Source of the DNA: an uncultured Solirubrobacterales bacterium
GTDB taxonomy: Bacteria; Actinomycetota; Thermoleophilia; Solirubrobacterales; 70-9
Assembly (NCBI GenBank): GCA_963708115.1
Contig: CAVPRX010000002.1
Coordinates: 452,092-516,091, forward strand
Direction of reading: 5' to 3'
DNA length: 64,000 bases
The translations under genes and the position numbers were made by a program. The notes beneath the pieces are model-generated. The model did not search any database. It was not told where the DNA came from and saw only the letters and a list, made by a program, of their open reading frames with translations. Within the stretch, counting starts at the first letter, position 1; every line of letters begins with the position of its first letter. Of this stretch, positions 36,639-45,681 are shown piece by piece.

Positions 36639-37385
36639 CTATTGCTTCAGGCCGACGAACTCGTCAAGCAGCGCGACGGAGGCCTTGCGATAGATGGCGA
36701 TCTGGATGTCCGACGGTCGCGTCCACTGGACACCGATCGCGTCGCAGCTGGCGCAGAACAGCCGCTTGATGTCCTCGGATCTATTGCTGAAGGCGTATCG
36801 CGGCGCCCGCCGCACATAGGAGCCCTTGCGCTCTGTGGCGATGATCCGTGTGCCGTCGCTGTGGATTAGGCCCCTGATGAACGGCTTGTGATTCGCATCG
36901 ACGATCTCCTGCTGCCACTCGGCCAGATATATCGGCCGTAAGTGCTTGCGGCCGGGGCCATGCTGCGGAAAGAAGCATGGCCAGTGCTTCGAGTACATCG
37001 AGACCTCGACGCAGTTGCAGTCGCGCCGCTTGCCCCCGCGCGCGGTCTTGTCAGGAAAAACCGCCTCCAGCGCTGCGCAGCACTCGGCGATGATTCCGGG
37101 ATAGGACGCATCGAGCGCGATGCGCATGCAGAAGACACCGCGACGAGCGGCGCTGATGCAGCCGTCACCGAGGTACATGCCGAGCAGGTACGCGTACTGC
37201 GTTGGTGAAAGACGTGAGAAATCGTGTCTTGCTTCCCCGCGACCGCCACATTCGGCTCGGCTGCGGATGCGGCTTTCGCCCCGCCGCCAGCCGGAAATCG
37301 TCCGGCGTGGAATACCCGTCATCCGCGCGATCTCCTGATCGCACTGGCCCGCTTCAATAAGCCGTTCAACCCTGAGGAATTCCAC
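36639..37385 (-). CDS. Free-standing LAGLIDADG-type homing-endonuclease-like protein with an N-terminal HTH
   Basis: Two LAGLIDADG-like motifs (YLLGMYLGDGCI and FIRGLIHSDGT) and the HTH GQCDQEIARMTGIPRRTISGW. G+C is visibly lower than the surroundings, and the gene abuts tRNA genes. Confidence 0.65.
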   Translation of the reverse strand: MEFLRVERLIEAGQCDQEIARMTGIPRRTISGWRRGESRIRSRAECGGRGEARHDFSRLSPTQYAYLLGMYLGDGCISAARRGVFCMRIALDASYPGIIAECCAALEAVFPDKTARGGKRRDCNCVEVSMYSKHWPCFFPQHGPGRKHLRPIYLAEWQQEIVDANHKPFIRGLIHSDGTRIIATERKGSYVRRAPRYAFSNRSEDIKRLFCASCDAIGVQWTRPSDIQIAIYRKASVALLDEFVGLKQ

Positions 37386-37419
37386 CGGGGATCTCAGCGG
37401 TCCACTCTCGTATTCATAG

Positions 37420-37433
37420 CGAACATATGTTCG
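37420..37433 (-). promoter_or_regulatory. LexA (SOS/Cheo) box CGAACATATGTTCG, 35 nt upstream of the LAGLIDADG gene
   Basis: Perfect match to the Gram-positive/actinobacterial GAAC-N4-GTTC SOS box. Confidence 0.55.
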
Positions 37434-37487
37434 ATAGTAGCTAGCAGGTCAGACAAAACGGCTCTACGTCTAAGATTGGGGCAACGC

Positions 37488-37572
37488 GCGGGCGTGGTGA
37501 AATTCGGGAAACACGCCGGCTTTAGGTGCCGGTGCTCGCAAGAGCTTGGGGGTTCGAGTCCCTCCGCCCGCA
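37488..37572 (+). tRNA. tRNA-Leu(TAG)
   Basis: Acceptor GCGGGCG/CGCCCGC. Anticodon arm CCGGC-TTTAGGT-GCCGG. Extra arm GCTC-GCAA-GAGC. T-loop TTCGAGT. Confidence 0.85.
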
Positions 37573-37587
37573 TAGAATCAGCTGCCT

Positions 37588-37661
37588 GGGGCAGTGGCCA
37601 AACTGGTTAAGGCGTCGGTCTCCAAAACCGAAGATTCTAGGTTCGAGTCCTAGCTGCCCCG
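37588..37661 (+). tRNA. tRNA-Trp(CCA)
   Basis: Acceptor GGGGCAG/CTGCCCC. Anticodon arm TCGGT-CTCCAAA-ACCGA. T-arm CTAGG-TTCGAGT-CCTAG. Confidence 0.85.
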
Positions 37662-37717
37662 TTTGATTTGCTTTGGCTCTACGGGCCGCTGTAATGGAGT
37701 GGCAAGGAGGAGCGAGC

Positions 37718-38578
37718 ATGGAAGCCAAGGCGATCGACCCGATCGACTTCCGCGAAGCGCAACACAAGCACTGGGACTCTGCTGCGGTGGGATGGAAGGA
37801 GTGGAGCGAGTTCAATGACAGAGCAGACGGGCGCATCAGCGAGCGGCTGGTGGAGCTCGCTGACGTGCAGTCGGGAAGCCGGGTCCTGGACGTCGCCGCC
37901 GGCTATGGCGAGCCGGCGCTTACCGCCGCGCGCAAGGCCGGCCCGGAGGGCCGCGTTGTGGCCACGGACATCTCCGCCGAGATGCTCGCGTTCGGGCGTG
38001 AACGCGCGGCGGCGGTCGGCTTGGGCACCGTGGAGTTCATTGAGTCGGACGCCTCCAGCCTCGATTTTCCGCAGGCGAGCTTCGACGCCGCCGTCTCGCG
38101 CTGGGGAATCATCTTCGAGCCTGACGCAGAGGCCGCCGCGGGGCGCATCCGAGGCTTCCTCAAGCCGGGCGCGCGGATGGCGATCAGCTCGTGGGGCGAG
38201 CCCGATCAGGTCCCCTTCCTCTCGATTCCGATGAGGACGACGATGGAGCGGCTGGATGTACCCCCGCCCCCGGCCGGAACGCCCGGCCCCCTCTCCCGGC
38301 CCACCCCCGCTGCAATCGGCGGGCTGCTCGAAGGAGGCGGCTTCTCGAAGGTCTCCGTGGAGCGGGACGAGGTCACCTTCGAGTTCGACTCCCCGGAGCA
38401 TTTCACCGCTTACATCAGGGCGATCTCCGCCCCGATCCGGGCGATGATCGAGCAGCACGCAGGCGAGACCCAAGAAGAGGCCTGGGCCGCGATCACGCAG
38501 GCCGCAGCGGATGCAGGGGGCCGCTCGAAGCCGCTGAGCTTCTCGAACGTGGTGCTGCTCGCCTCGGCAACCGCCTAG
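37718..38578 (+). CDS. Class I SAM-dependent methyltransferase
   Basis: VLDVAAGYGEPA (motif I) and ARMAISSWG. ATG 37718 preferred; earlier in-frame starts at 37673 and 37694 are possible. Confidence 0.75.
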   Translation: MEAKAIDPIDFREAQHKHWDSAAVGWKEWSEFNDRADGRISERLVELADVQSGSRVLDVAAGYGEPALTAARKAGPEGRVVATDISAEMLAFGRERAAAVGLGTVEFIESDASSLDFPQASFDAAVSRWGIIFEPDAEAAAGRIRGFLKPGARMAISSWGEPDQVPFLSIPMRTTMERLDVPPPPAGTPGPLSRPTPAAIGGLLEGGGFSKVSVERDEVTFEFDSPEHFTAYIRAISAPIRAMIEQHAGETQEEAWAAITQAAADAGGRSKPLSFSNVVLLASATA

Positions 38579-38687
38579 CGCCCCAGGGTGGTCGCGAGCA
38601 ACATTGCGCGCCCCGCTATACGAGTGGCGTAGGCCTTACGTCCAGACCGGTTGACGTTTTTCAAGCCTTGATCGTCGGCGCCGAGTA

Positions 38688-40331
38688 ATGCCGTTGGACC
38701 GAGAGGTCCGTTCCGGCATGGCGATCCCTCAGGCGACACCCAGCGCGTCCAGGCCGAAACGCGGGCCCAAGCCGGGGCGTCGCCCCAGGCACTGGCACCT
38801 CTGGAAGGACAAGCACTATCGCTGGGTTCCGGATGGCGAGTGCGGCTGGCGGGTCCAGGGCTACATCGTCCGCCACAGGCACAAGCCGCCCAGGCACCAC
38901 CATCGCGGTCCCGGGCCGAGGCCGGCGGACCGCTGCGCGCCGAAGGCGTTCGCCGGCATCGCCCCGCCTCCCAACCCGGATCCCCGCCCACCGGGTACCT
39001 ACCAGGGCCCGTTCGGGCCGGCGCAGGCGACGCGGCTGCTGGAACGGGCCGGGTTCGGTGCGCTGCCGGGGCAGGCGGAGCAACTGGCCACGCGCGGGCT
39101 GCTCGGCGCGGTCCAGTCCCTGACCCGGCCCAGCGGCGGCGCGATGCTGCATGGGCCCGCGCCGGTTGACAGCGACGGCACCCCGATCGCCCCCGCCGAC
39201 GCCTGGGGCCACGACCACCTCTGGTTCCTCGACCGGATGGTGCGCAGCGACCAGCCGCTGGTCGAGCGGATGGCGCTCGTCTTTCACGACTGGTTCGCGA
39301 CCTCCAACGCCGGCGTCTCCAAGCAGCAGCAGATGATCGACCAGTCGAACCTCTTCCGCTCGGCTTGCTTCGGCTCCTTCCTCGACCTCTTCAAGGCGGT
39401 CACCGTCGACCCGGCGATGCTGCAGTGGCTGAACGGTGCCGAAAACACCAAGCAGGCGCCGAACGAGAACTACGGCCGGGAGATGATGGAGCTGTTCTCC
39501 CTCGGGGCCGATCGGGGCGCCTACGGCGAGGACGACATCCGCGAACAGGCGCGGGCGCTGACCGGGTGGCGCTACGACTGGTCGGGGGAGTTCGGCGCCT
39601 ACAACTTCCGCTTCGACCCGAAACGCCACGACACCGGGCTGAAGACTGTCTTCGGTCAGAAAGGCAACTGGGGCTGGGAAGACTCCTGCCGCCTCTGCGT
39701 CGAGAACCCCCTCCATCCATCCTTCTTCGTCGAGAAGCTGTGGAGCTACTTCGTCCCCCAGCCACCTTCCGGCAGCGTCGCGGACGGACTGATGAGGACC
39801 TACCGCGACTCGGGGTGGGCGATCCGGCCGGTGCTCGAGGCGATCCTGAGCGGCCCCGACCTCTACGAAGGCCCACCGATGGTGAAACCCCCCGCCGTGC
39901 AGCTCGCCGGCATGCTGCGCTCGCTCGGACGCGGCATCGACACCGAGGCCTGGACCTGGCTCTGCGAACAGGCCGGGCAGATGCTCTTCTGGCCGCCGAA
40001 CGTCTCCGGCTGGGACGACACCCGCTGGCTTGACACCTCGCGGCTGCGTGCCCGTTGGAACATCGTCGACTACGTGCTCGACCCGATCGCGGTGGACGCC
40101 TGGGGTGGCAGCTACAGCACCACCGAGACGGCCCAGGAAGCGCTGGACCGGGCGACGGCCGCCTGGGGCTCCCCGGCCATGCGCGACGAGCACCGGGCCG
40201 AGCTGCTCGACTTCGCCAAACGCAGCGAAAAACTCGCCGTCGCCAACTGGCAGCAGGGCCCTTACCGCGCAATGCGCCAGAACGCGCTGCTGCAGCTGAT
40301 CGGCGTCAGCCCGGACCTGATCCTGCAATGA
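38688..40331 (+). CDS. DUF1800 domain protein
   Basis: FHDWFATSN...MLQWLNGAENTKQAPNENYGREMMELFSLG is the DUF1800 hallmark. Confidence 0.75.
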   Translation: MPLDREVRSGMAIPQATPSASRPKRGPKPGRRPRHWHLWKDKHYRWVPDGECGWRVQGYIVRHRHKPPRHHHRGPGPRPADRCAPKAFAGIAPPPNPDPRPPGTYQGPFGPAQATRLLERAGFGALPGQAEQLATRGLLGAVQSLTRPSGGAMLHGPAPVDSDGTPIAPADAWGHDHLWFLDRMVRSDQPLVERMALVFHDWFATSNAGVSKQQQMIDQSNLFRSACFGSFLDLFKAVTVDPAMLQWLNGAENTKQAPNENYGREMMELFSLGADRGAYGEDDIREQARALTGWRYDWSGEFGAYNFRFDPKRHDTGLKTVFGQKGNWGWEDSCRLCVENPLHPSFFVEKLWSYFVPQPPSGSVADGLMRTYRDSGWAIRPVLEAILSGPDLYEGPPMVKPPAVQLAGMLRSLGRGIDTEAWTWLCEQAGQMLFWPPNVSGWDDTRWLDTSRLRARWNIVDYVLDPIAVDAWGGSYSTTETAQEALDRATAAWGSPAMRDEHRAELLDFAKRSEKLAVANWQQGPYRAMRQNALLQLIGVSPDLILQ

Positions 40332-40344
40332 GGGGACGCTGACC

Positions 40345-41694
40345 ATGCACAACTGCTGCAAGAACTACACGCGCTCCCAGCTGTTGCGCTCGGCGGCGGC
40401 CGAAGCCGGCAAAGGTCTGCCGGCGATCGAGGCGGGCATGCCCGAGCCCGCCGGGACCGGCCTCTCGAGGCGCACCTTTCTCTCCTGGAGCGCCGGCCTG
40501 GCAATGGCTGTCTACGGCGCCTCAAAGATCCCCCTGGCCGCCTTTGAGGAGGGGATCGCCCAGGCGGCCCAGACCGACAAGATCCTCGTCTCGGTCTTCT
40601 TCGACGGCGGCATCGACGCGCTCAGCGTGCTGGCGCCGACCGGCGACCCGCGCTACTCGCAGCTGCGGCCGAACTTGGCGCTCGCCCCCGACGCGGGGAC
40701 GGAATTCGCCGAGGACCCGCGCCTGCGCTGGCATCCCTCGGCCGCCGGACTGGCCACGCTGCACGAAGAGGGCAAGGTCAGCGCCTTCCCGGCGATCGGC
40801 TACGACCACCCGGATCAGTCGCACTTCACCTCGCGCCACTACTACGAGATCGGCGAGCTCGACGTCGGTTTTCACACCGGCTGGCTGGGCCGCTACATCG
40901 ACGACGTCGGCGACGACGACAACCCCCTGCAGGGGCTCTCGATGGACGGCTCCCTGTCGCCGATGATCGCCACCGCGAACCGACCGGTGGCGGCGATCGA
41001 CAGCGTCGACGGCTACGACCTATGGTCGCCCGTCAGCCAGCCGATCTCCGACGAGATGTTCAAGAGCTTCGCCCGCTTCGGCTCGCTGCCCTCGGACTCC
41101 CCGGGCCTGGCGCAGGTGCGGCGCGCCACGGCCCAGACCGACAAGCTGCGCACCGACCTGGGCGGGATCGGCGGCTTCACGAGCCCGATCACGTATCCCG
41201 ACACGTACTTCTCTCACAAGCTCGCCGGCCTCGCCGCCTTCATCGCCGCCGGCCTGCCGATGCGGGTGGTGACGATCCGGGCCTCGGGCGGCTACGACAC
41301 CCACGCTGAGGAGGCCGAAGACCTCTCGCGGGGCCTGCGCGAGACCTGCGAGGGAGTGCTCGCCTTCCAGCGCGACCTCGAAGCACGCGGTCTCGAGGAC
41401 CGGGTCATGGTGGAGATGTGGAGCGAGTTCGGGCGCCGCCCGGAGGAGAACGCCTCGCTCGGCACCGACCACGGCGCCGCCGGCTGCGCCTTCGTCGTCG
41501 GCTCCAAAGCCAAGGGGGAGATGGTCGGCGAGTTCCCCGGCCTGGGGCAGCTCGACCAAAACGAAAACGTCCGGGTGACCAGCGACTTCCGGGCGATGTA
41601 CTGCTCTCTGCTCGAGCAGTGGCTGGGGCACGACGCCGCGTCGATCATTCCCGGGGCGTCCTCGTTCGAACGGCCGACCCTGGTGAAGCCGTGA
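40345..41694 (+). CDS. DUF1501 domain protein (sulfatase-like fold) with a Tat signal
   Basis: SRRTFLSWSAGLAMAVYGA, GGIDALS and GGYDTHA...GTDHG motifs. This is the usual partner of DUF1800. Confidence 0.75.
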   Translation: MHNCCKNYTRSQLLRSAAAEAGKGLPAIEAGMPEPAGTGLSRRTFLSWSAGLAMAVYGASKIPLAAFEEGIAQAAQTDKILVSVFFDGGIDALSVLAPTGDPRYSQLRPNLALAPDAGTEFAEDPRLRWHPSAAGLATLHEEGKVSAFPAIGYDHPDQSHFTSRHYYEIGELDVGFHTGWLGRYIDDVGDDDNPLQGLSMDGSLSPMIATANRPVAAIDSVDGYDLWSPVSQPISDEMFKSFARFGSLPSDSPGLAQVRRATAQTDKLRTDLGGIGGFTSPITYPDTYFSHKLAGLAAFIAAGLPMRVVTIRASGGYDTHAEEAEDLSRGLRETCEGVLAFQRDLEARGLEDRVMVEMWSEFGRRPEENASLGTDHGAAGCAFVVGSKAKGEMVGEFPGLGQLDQNENVRVTSDFRAMYCSLLEQWLGHDAASIIPGASSFERPTLVKP

Positions 41695-42302
41695 GGAGGG
41701 CGGCTGCGAGGTCGAGCTGTCTGGGACTGGTCGGTTTTGCGGTGGCGGCGATGGCGATGGCGAGCGGCCCGATGGCCGGCGCCGACGCGGTGGCGCCGGA
41801 AGGCTGCACCTGGCAGCGGCACGCCAAGCGCATGATCAAGCACGTAAAGCGACATGGTCGCGTGCAACGGGTCAGGCGAGTGAAGCACTGGTGGACCTGC
41901 GACAGCCAGCCTGCTGTGTCCGCGCTCCCAGCACCCCCACTGGCATCGCCGCCTCCGTCAACCAACGCCCTCCCGCCCGAAGAACCGCAACCGGAAGGCA
42001 CCGCCTCCCATCTCGGCGTCAAAGCAGTCGAGTGGAGCTACACCCTCTCCCGTCCCGCAGTGACCGCCGGCACAGTGATCGTCGAGCTCAACAACCAGGG
42101 CGAAGACAACCACAATCTCAAGCTCCAGCGCGAAGGCAGTGGGGATCCGCCACTGGTCGTTCCAGAAGCGGCGCCCGACGAACACACGACCGCCAGCTTC
42201 AACCTGCCCGCCGGCACCTACCGCCTCTACTGCAGCCTGTTCGAACACGACGCAAAAGGCATGCACGCGACGTTGGTGGTCGGCACGACCGAATCCGGCT
42301 AG
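41691..42302 (+). CDS. Secreted cupredoxin-like protein
   Basis: GTGA overlap with the DUF1501 gene. Has a signal peptide. The C-terminus (NQGEDNHNLKL...YRLYCSLFEHDAKGMHATLVV) carries a His...Cys...His...Met blue-copper ligand pattern. Confidence 0.6.
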   Translation: MRRAAARSSCLGLVGFAVAAMAMASGPMAGADAVAPEGCTWQRHAKRMIKHVKRHGRVQRVRRVKHWWTCDSQPAVSALPAPPLASPPPSTNALPPEEPQPEGTASHLGVKAVEWSYTLSRPAVTAGTVIVELNNQGEDNHNLKLQREGSGDPPLVVPEAAPDEHTTASFNLPAGTYRLYCSLFEHDAKGMHATLVVGTTESG

Positions 42303-42321
42303 GCGGATTTGCGCTGCCGGC

Positions 42322-42663
42322 TCACCTTGAAGGGGGCGACTGCTCGGCGTCCCTCCGCACGATCACGGTCCTGCCGTCGTCGAGGCGATAGACCATGCCG
42401 AGCGGCTTGCCGTGTCCCACGATTCGCTGCCCGGGACGCAGCTTCACCGGTTTGACGTGCTGGTCTCGGTCGGCCACCACGGGCGCAGCCTGCGACCGGG
42501 CTTTTGGCTTGTCGGTGAGGGACGAGGTGAGGTGAAGCGAGGAGAGCGCGGCGAGCAGGAATGCGACCGAGAGCACGATTCCCAGGTCGAAGAGGTTGAC
42601 GAGGCCGTCGAGCGGGTCGCCTGCCCGGTCCTCTCGGCTGCGTGCCCGCGGCGTGACCTTCAC
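42322..42663 (-). CDS. DUF2149-like small membrane protein (ExbD-position partner of the ExbB-like channel)
   Basis: GTGA overlap with the upstream MotA/ExbB-like gene. Single TM helix DGLVNLFDLGIVLSVAFLLAAL followed by a beta-rich tail. Family call is by recall. Confidence 0.55.
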   Translation of the reverse strand: MKVTPRARSREDRAGDPLDGLVNLFDLGIVLSVAFLLAALSSLHLTSSLTDKPKARSQAAPVVADRDQHVKPVKLRPGQRIVGHGKPLGMVYRLDDGRTVIVRRDAEQSPPSR

Positions 42664-43319
42664 GGGGCGACGGCCCAGTGGCTGGGGGGGACGGGGACGC
42701 CGTTGCCGGCCGGAGCGCTGAGGCTGGCGGCCACGTACTCGACGTCGGAGTAGTCCTGGGCGTAGAGGCGATCGCGGACGAGGGAGATCGCGAAGGCGAA
42801 GGCGCCGATCATCAGCCCGGCGACGGTGACGCTGAAGGCGACCCGGAGGTTCTCGGTGAGGGTGGCGACGTCGCCGTCGGCGAGGCCGGCGAGAGCCGGC
42901 GAGAGTGGGATCAAGGTCCCCATCAGACCCAGCGCCGGGCCCATGCGGACGAGGATGCGGGTGCGCTCGAGGCGGCGCAGCGAGAGGTAGTCGTACTCGG
43001 CCAGGCGCTTGGCGAGGCGGGCCTCGGAATGCGGCCGGCCGCACTGCTCGACGATCCCGGCGAGCACATCTTCCATTCGCTGGTTCCAGGCGAACGGCAG
43101 CAGCGCCGCCAGCGCCTCCGCCGGCATCCCGGCGGCGAGCCGGCCCCGGCACTCCTCGACCGCGCGCTCCAGGCCCCAGAGGCTGCGGTGGCGCCGTCGC
43201 CGCACCTCCACCAGCAGGGCGCCGGCTTCGACGACGACGACCCCCAACGCCGCCACGGTGAGGATCAGGACCGGGACGAGCAGGGCGTTGGCGACGTCGA
43301 AGAGGAGCTGCTCGATCAT
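42660..43319 (-). CDS. MotA/TolQ/ExbB proton-channel family protein
   Basis: 219 aa. RMGPALGLMGTLIPLSPAL...ENLRVAFSVTVAGLMIGAFAF is the ExbB/TolQ C-terminal signature. Confidence 0.75.
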   Translation of the reverse strand: MIEQLLFDVANALLVPVLILTVAALGVVVVEAGALLVEVRRRRHRSLWGLERAVEECRGRLAAGMPAEALAALLPFAWNQRMEDVLAGIVEQCGRPHSEARLAKRLAEYDYLSLRRLERTRILVRMGPALGLMGTLIPLSPALAGLADGDVATLTENLRVAFSVTVAGLMIGAFAFAISLVRDRLYAQDYSDVEYVAASLSAPAGNGVPVPPSHWAVAP

Positions 43320-44470
43320 TGGAGCAGGCTCCTGGCCTCGATCAGGGCGCCGGTGCCGAGCAGGCTGAGGGTGGCGAGCAGGCCCCAGGCGGCGCCGGGG
43401 ATCCCGCCGCTGCCGCCATCGTCCTCGAGCTGGCCGCTGCGCGCGGCCGCTTGCTTCGCCGTGACCGGGGGAGCGGTGGCGTTGGCCCTGACCAGCTCTC
43501 CGACGACGCGTTCGCCGCGGGCCGGTCGTTGCTCGGGCTCGGGTGCGGGCGGGGCGGTCGTAGTGGGCTCAGCAGCGGGAGGGCTGGCGGCACTGCCGGC
43601 GCCGGGTCGGGATCGGTCGGCGGCGCCGTGGTCAGGTGCGCCCACGTTGTCGTTGTAGCCGCCGCCCTTGCGGTCCGGGCCGGCCAACGGCGCCCCGACT
43701 TGAATCGTCACCACCGCCGAGGCACCGGTGTCATCGCCGTCGCTGGTGACGCCGAGGACGACGTCGTAGCTGCCGCGCCTGGCGAAGCTGTGCGTGGCCT
43801 CGGCACCCGCGGCCGAGCTGCCGTCATCGAAGTACCAGGAGTAGGTCAGCTGCTCGCCGGACCCGGCTTGCTCGATGACGGCGTTGAAGTGGACTGGACG
43901 GCCGGAGCGGGTTCGCAGCGTCGAAGCCCTGGCCCGAATCCTCAGCCGTGAGCCTTTGTGCAGGACGATCGAGATCCCTTGGGGGGCCTCGAAGCAATCG
44001 CTTGCGTTGAGGTCGTCCGACCCGGCGCTCGGTCGCAGGAAGCCGGTGCCGGAGGCGGTCGCGTAGACGACCGGCGGGCCGTCGGCGAAGGCGCCGGGGT
44101 CGAGCGCCTGGTCACGGCTCAGCAGCACCGCGCCACCGGCCGGACGCTGGACTTCCAGGTAGGAGAAGCCGTAGGGGTCGGCGCCGGCGGCGTCGAGGAG
44201 GGCAGCCAGGGAGAAGCCGCTGAGCGCCCGCGTGCTCTCGCCGCTGGACGAGCGCACAGCGTAGGTCCGGTCGAGCACGTCCTCAGAGCCGGCCAGCGCG
44301 GCGAGCGAGAGCGTCTGCACGGTGCCGCCGGGGGAGGTGACGGTGACCTGGGCGACGTCGGCGCGGACCGCCGTCGCCCAGGGCGAGGCCAGGGCCGCCG
44401 ATGCGACCAGCGAGAACGTGGCCAGCACGGCCGCGGTCAGCCTGCGGTCGAGAACGAGACCGTTGCGCAT
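43316..44470 (-). CDS. Secreted PKD-domain protein with a C-terminal membrane anchor
   Basis: Has a signal peptide, a PKD-like block (LTYSWYFDDGSSAAGAEATHSFARRGSYDVVLGVTSDGD), a Pro-rich spacer and a terminal TM helix. ATGA overlap with the ExbB-like gene. Confidence 0.65.
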   Translation of the reverse strand: MRNGLVLDRRLTAAVLATFSLVASAALASPWATAVRADVAQVTVTSPGGTVQTLSLAALAGSEDVLDRTYAVRSSSGESTRALSGFSLAALLDAAGADPYGFSYLEVQRPAGGAVLLSRDQALDPGAFADGPPVVYATASGTGFLRPSAGSDDLNASDCFEAPQGISIVLHKGSRLRIRARASTLRTRSGRPVHFNAVIEQAGSGEQLTYSWYFDDGSSAAGAEATHSFARRGSYDVVLGVTSDGDDTGASAVVTIQVGAPLAGPDRKGGGYNDNVGAPDHGAADRSRPGAGSAASPPAAEPTTTAPPAPEPEQRPARGERVVGELVRANATAPPVTAKQAAARSGQLEDDGGSGGIPGAAWGLLATLSLLGTGALIEARSLLQ

Positions 44471-45681
44471 CCGAAGTCGGTGCCGGGGGCGTAGAAGCCG
44501 GCGAAGGTCGAGGCTGCGGTGCCGGAGGGGATCGCACCCGGCACCCGTTCGTAGGTGAAGCTGTTGCCGCTGACGCCGATCGATCCGGCGCGGGAGAGGT
44601 CGAGGTTGATCAGGACCTGCCGCTGGGGCGCTCCGCCCGACTCAGAGATCGAGAAGATCGCCCGCGACCCGGCTCCGGCAATCTCGATTTCCGGTTCCGC
44701 CGTGGTCAGGTCGATGCCGTGACCGCTGTAGTGGAAGCGGACGGCGCCGCCGAAGCGCACCAGGGCGCTGTCGTCGGCGGGGTCGGCAAGATTGGCGCCG
44801 GCGTCGTGCCAGCCTGTGGCGAAGGGGAAGTGGAAGCCGTAGCTGAGCGCCGCCGAGGTGCCCGGTGCCAGTAGCGGCGGGTCTGCGGTGGCGCCGCCCG
44901 AGACGCTCGTCCCCTCACCGGTGCCGATGTAGCGGATGAAGGATTCGCGTACCTGCCAGTCGATCGTGGCAGCGGTGATGTCCGTTGCCGCCGGTGGCCG
45001 AGTAGCCACCGGGAGTGGATCTTCTGGGGCGGGACCGCCGCCGCTGGGCAGCGGGCAGGCGGTCGATTTCTGGGCGCCGCCAGGGGCGGAGGGGCCACCG
45101 GCGGCGGGAGCGCCGCTGTCGCCGCGGGTCAGTCCGGCGAGATCGGTGGAGAGGGTGCCGAAGCGGCGAGTCGGCAGCGGCTCCAGCTCCAGTCGCCGGG
45201 AGATCGCACGGGCGCCGGCGCGGGTCAGCTTCAGCCGCAGGCCGTCGAGGCGGACCCTCCCGGTTGCCGCGCTGATCTCGCGCTTGCCGCCGCGCAGGAC
45301 CTTGAAGAGGTCGATCTCTTCGCCGTCCAGCCTGGCCTCGACCAGCGCCCGCTCGCCGAGCAAGAGGCTGAGTCTCGTCAAGCGCATCCTGCCGCCACCC
45401 GTCGCCTCCAGTGAGATTCCGCCGCGGTGGCGCAGCAGGGTCGTGCTCGAACCGGCGAGGCCGGCGGCAACCGGCAGGGAGACCCTGCGGTTGCCGCCGC
45501 TCGCGGGTTTGAGCGGGACGACGCGAACACCCTGCTCTCGCAGGGCATTCGCCGCCGGGCCGTCCAGCGTCAGCTTCGTCTCGCCGCTGGCGCCGAGCGC
45601 CGGGGCGGGGAGAGCGATCGCGGCGGCGACGATAGCCACCGTCGCAAAGGCGCCGAGTCGGCTGGCCGGCCCCCGTCTCAT
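44437..45681 (-). CDS. HtaA-domain haem-binding surface protein 1
   Basis: ATG 45681 (ATGA overlap with the upstream gene) gives a signal peptide. IDWQVRESFIRYIG...FHFPF...GAVRFHYSGHGIDL matches the HtaA conserved-region pattern. The rest of the 857-aa ORF is an artefact. Confidence 0.65.
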   Translation of the reverse strand: MRRGPASRLGAFATVAIVAAAIALPAPALGASGETKLTLDGPAANALREQGVRVVPLKPASGGNRRVSLPVAAGLAGSSTTLLRHRGGISLEATGGGRMRLTRLSLLLGERALVEARLDGEEIDLFKVLRGGKREISAATGRVRLDGLRLKLTRAGARAISRRLELEPLPTRRFGTLSTDLAGLTRGDSGAPAAGGPSAPGGAQKSTACPLPSGGGPAPEDPLPVATRPPAATDITAATIDWQVRESFIRYIGTGEGTSVSGGATADPPLLAPGTSAALSYGFHFPFATGWHDAGANLADPADDSALVRFGGAVRFHYSGHGIDLTTAEPEIEIAGAGSRAIFSISESGGAPQRQVLINLDLSRAGSIGVSGNSFTYERVPGAIPSGTAASTFAGFYAPGTDFGCATVSFSTAG

